Origin: Nemertoderma westbladi
Lineage: Eukaryota > Animalia > Xenacoelomorpha
Assembly: GCA_032718475.1 (NCBI GenBank)
Contig: JAUCBJ010004682.1
Span: 1-38,576, forward strand
Direction of reading: 5' to 3'
Length of the DNA stretch: 38,576 nucleotides
Positions 37,828 through 38,576 of the stretch are shown in pieces (position 1 is the stretch's first letter; each line of letters begins with the position of its first letter). The notes under the pieces were generated by a model. The model was not told the DNA's origin. It saw only the letters and a list, made by a program, of their open reading frames with translations, and searched no databases. The position numbers and the translations under genes are program-made.

Positions 37828-38576
37828 TAGTGGATAATGCCAAGGTGCAAGAAGGTTAGTAGTTGATAATGCCAGGGTGCAAGAGGGTTAGTTGTTGATA
37901 ATGCCAGGGTGCAAGAAGGTTAGTAGTGGATAATGCCAAGGTGCAAGAAGGTTAGTAGTTGATAATGCCAAGGTGCAAGAAGGTTAGTAGTTGATAATGC
38001 CAAGGTGCAAGAAGGTTAGTAGTTGATAATGCCAAGGTGCAAGAAGGTTAGTAGTTGATAATGCCAAGGTGCAAGAAGGTTAGTAGTTGATAATGCCAAG
38101 GTGCAAGAAGGTTAGTAGTTGATAATGCCAAGGTGCAAGAAGGTTAGTAGTTGATAATGCCAAGGTGCAAGAAGGTTAGTATGTTGATAATGCCAAGGTG
38201 CAAGAAGGTTAGTAGTTGATAATGCCAAGGTGCAAGAAGGTTAGTAGTTGATAATGCCAAGGTGCAAGAAGGTTAGTAGTTGATAATGCCAAGGTGCAAG
38301 AAGGTTAGTAGTTGATAATGCCAAGGTGCAAGAAGGTTAGTAGTTGATAATGCCAAGGTGCAAGAAGGTTAGTAGTTGATAATGCCAAGGTGCAAGAAGG
38401 TTAGTTGTTGATAATGCCAAGGTGCAAGAAGGTTAGTAGTTGATAATGCCAAGGTGCAAGAAGTTAGTAGTGATAATGCCAAGGGTGCAAGAAGGTTAGT
38501 AGTTGATAATGCCAAGGTGCAAGAAGGTTAGTAGTTGATAATGCCAAGGTGCAAGAGGTTAGTAGTTGATAATGCC
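37828..38576 (+). repeat. 32-bp tandem repeat, ~23 copies, running to the window end; candidate telomeric repeat
   Basis: Unit GATAATGCCAAGGTGCAAGAAGGTTAGTAGTT (10 G vs 3 C). The repeat is certain; the telomere role is inference. Confidence 0.97.

Overview
Eukaryotic, probably invertebrate, repeat-dense DNA with no recognisable host gene, rRNA, tRNA or CRISPR array. All domain calls are by-eye motif matches, not database results. From left to right: (1) a minus-strand BEL/Pao LTR element with gag and protease preserved but RT/RNase H/integrase reduced to remnants, with one LTR (102-760) and a long, repeat-containing leader; (2) a decayed plus-strand CR1/L2-group LINE whose ORF1 ends in GYGGPDN repeats and whose endonuclease is split by a 1.14-kb near-palindromic TTAA-targeting (Kolobok-like) element; (3) a second, 5'-truncated decayed BEL/Pao element followed by a degenerate extra ORF resembling a DEDDy (WRN/EXD-type) 3'-5' exonuclease, then a PPT and probable LTR; (4) facing GGG-octamer repeats; (5) a 15.3-kb 53/50-bp satellite with higher-order structure; (6) a 32-bp GGTTAG-containing repeat running off the window end, joined to the satellite through a perfect 9-bp inverted repeat. 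The best novelty candidates are the exonuclease-carrying BEL element and the 32-bp terminal repeat as a possible non-canonical telomere.
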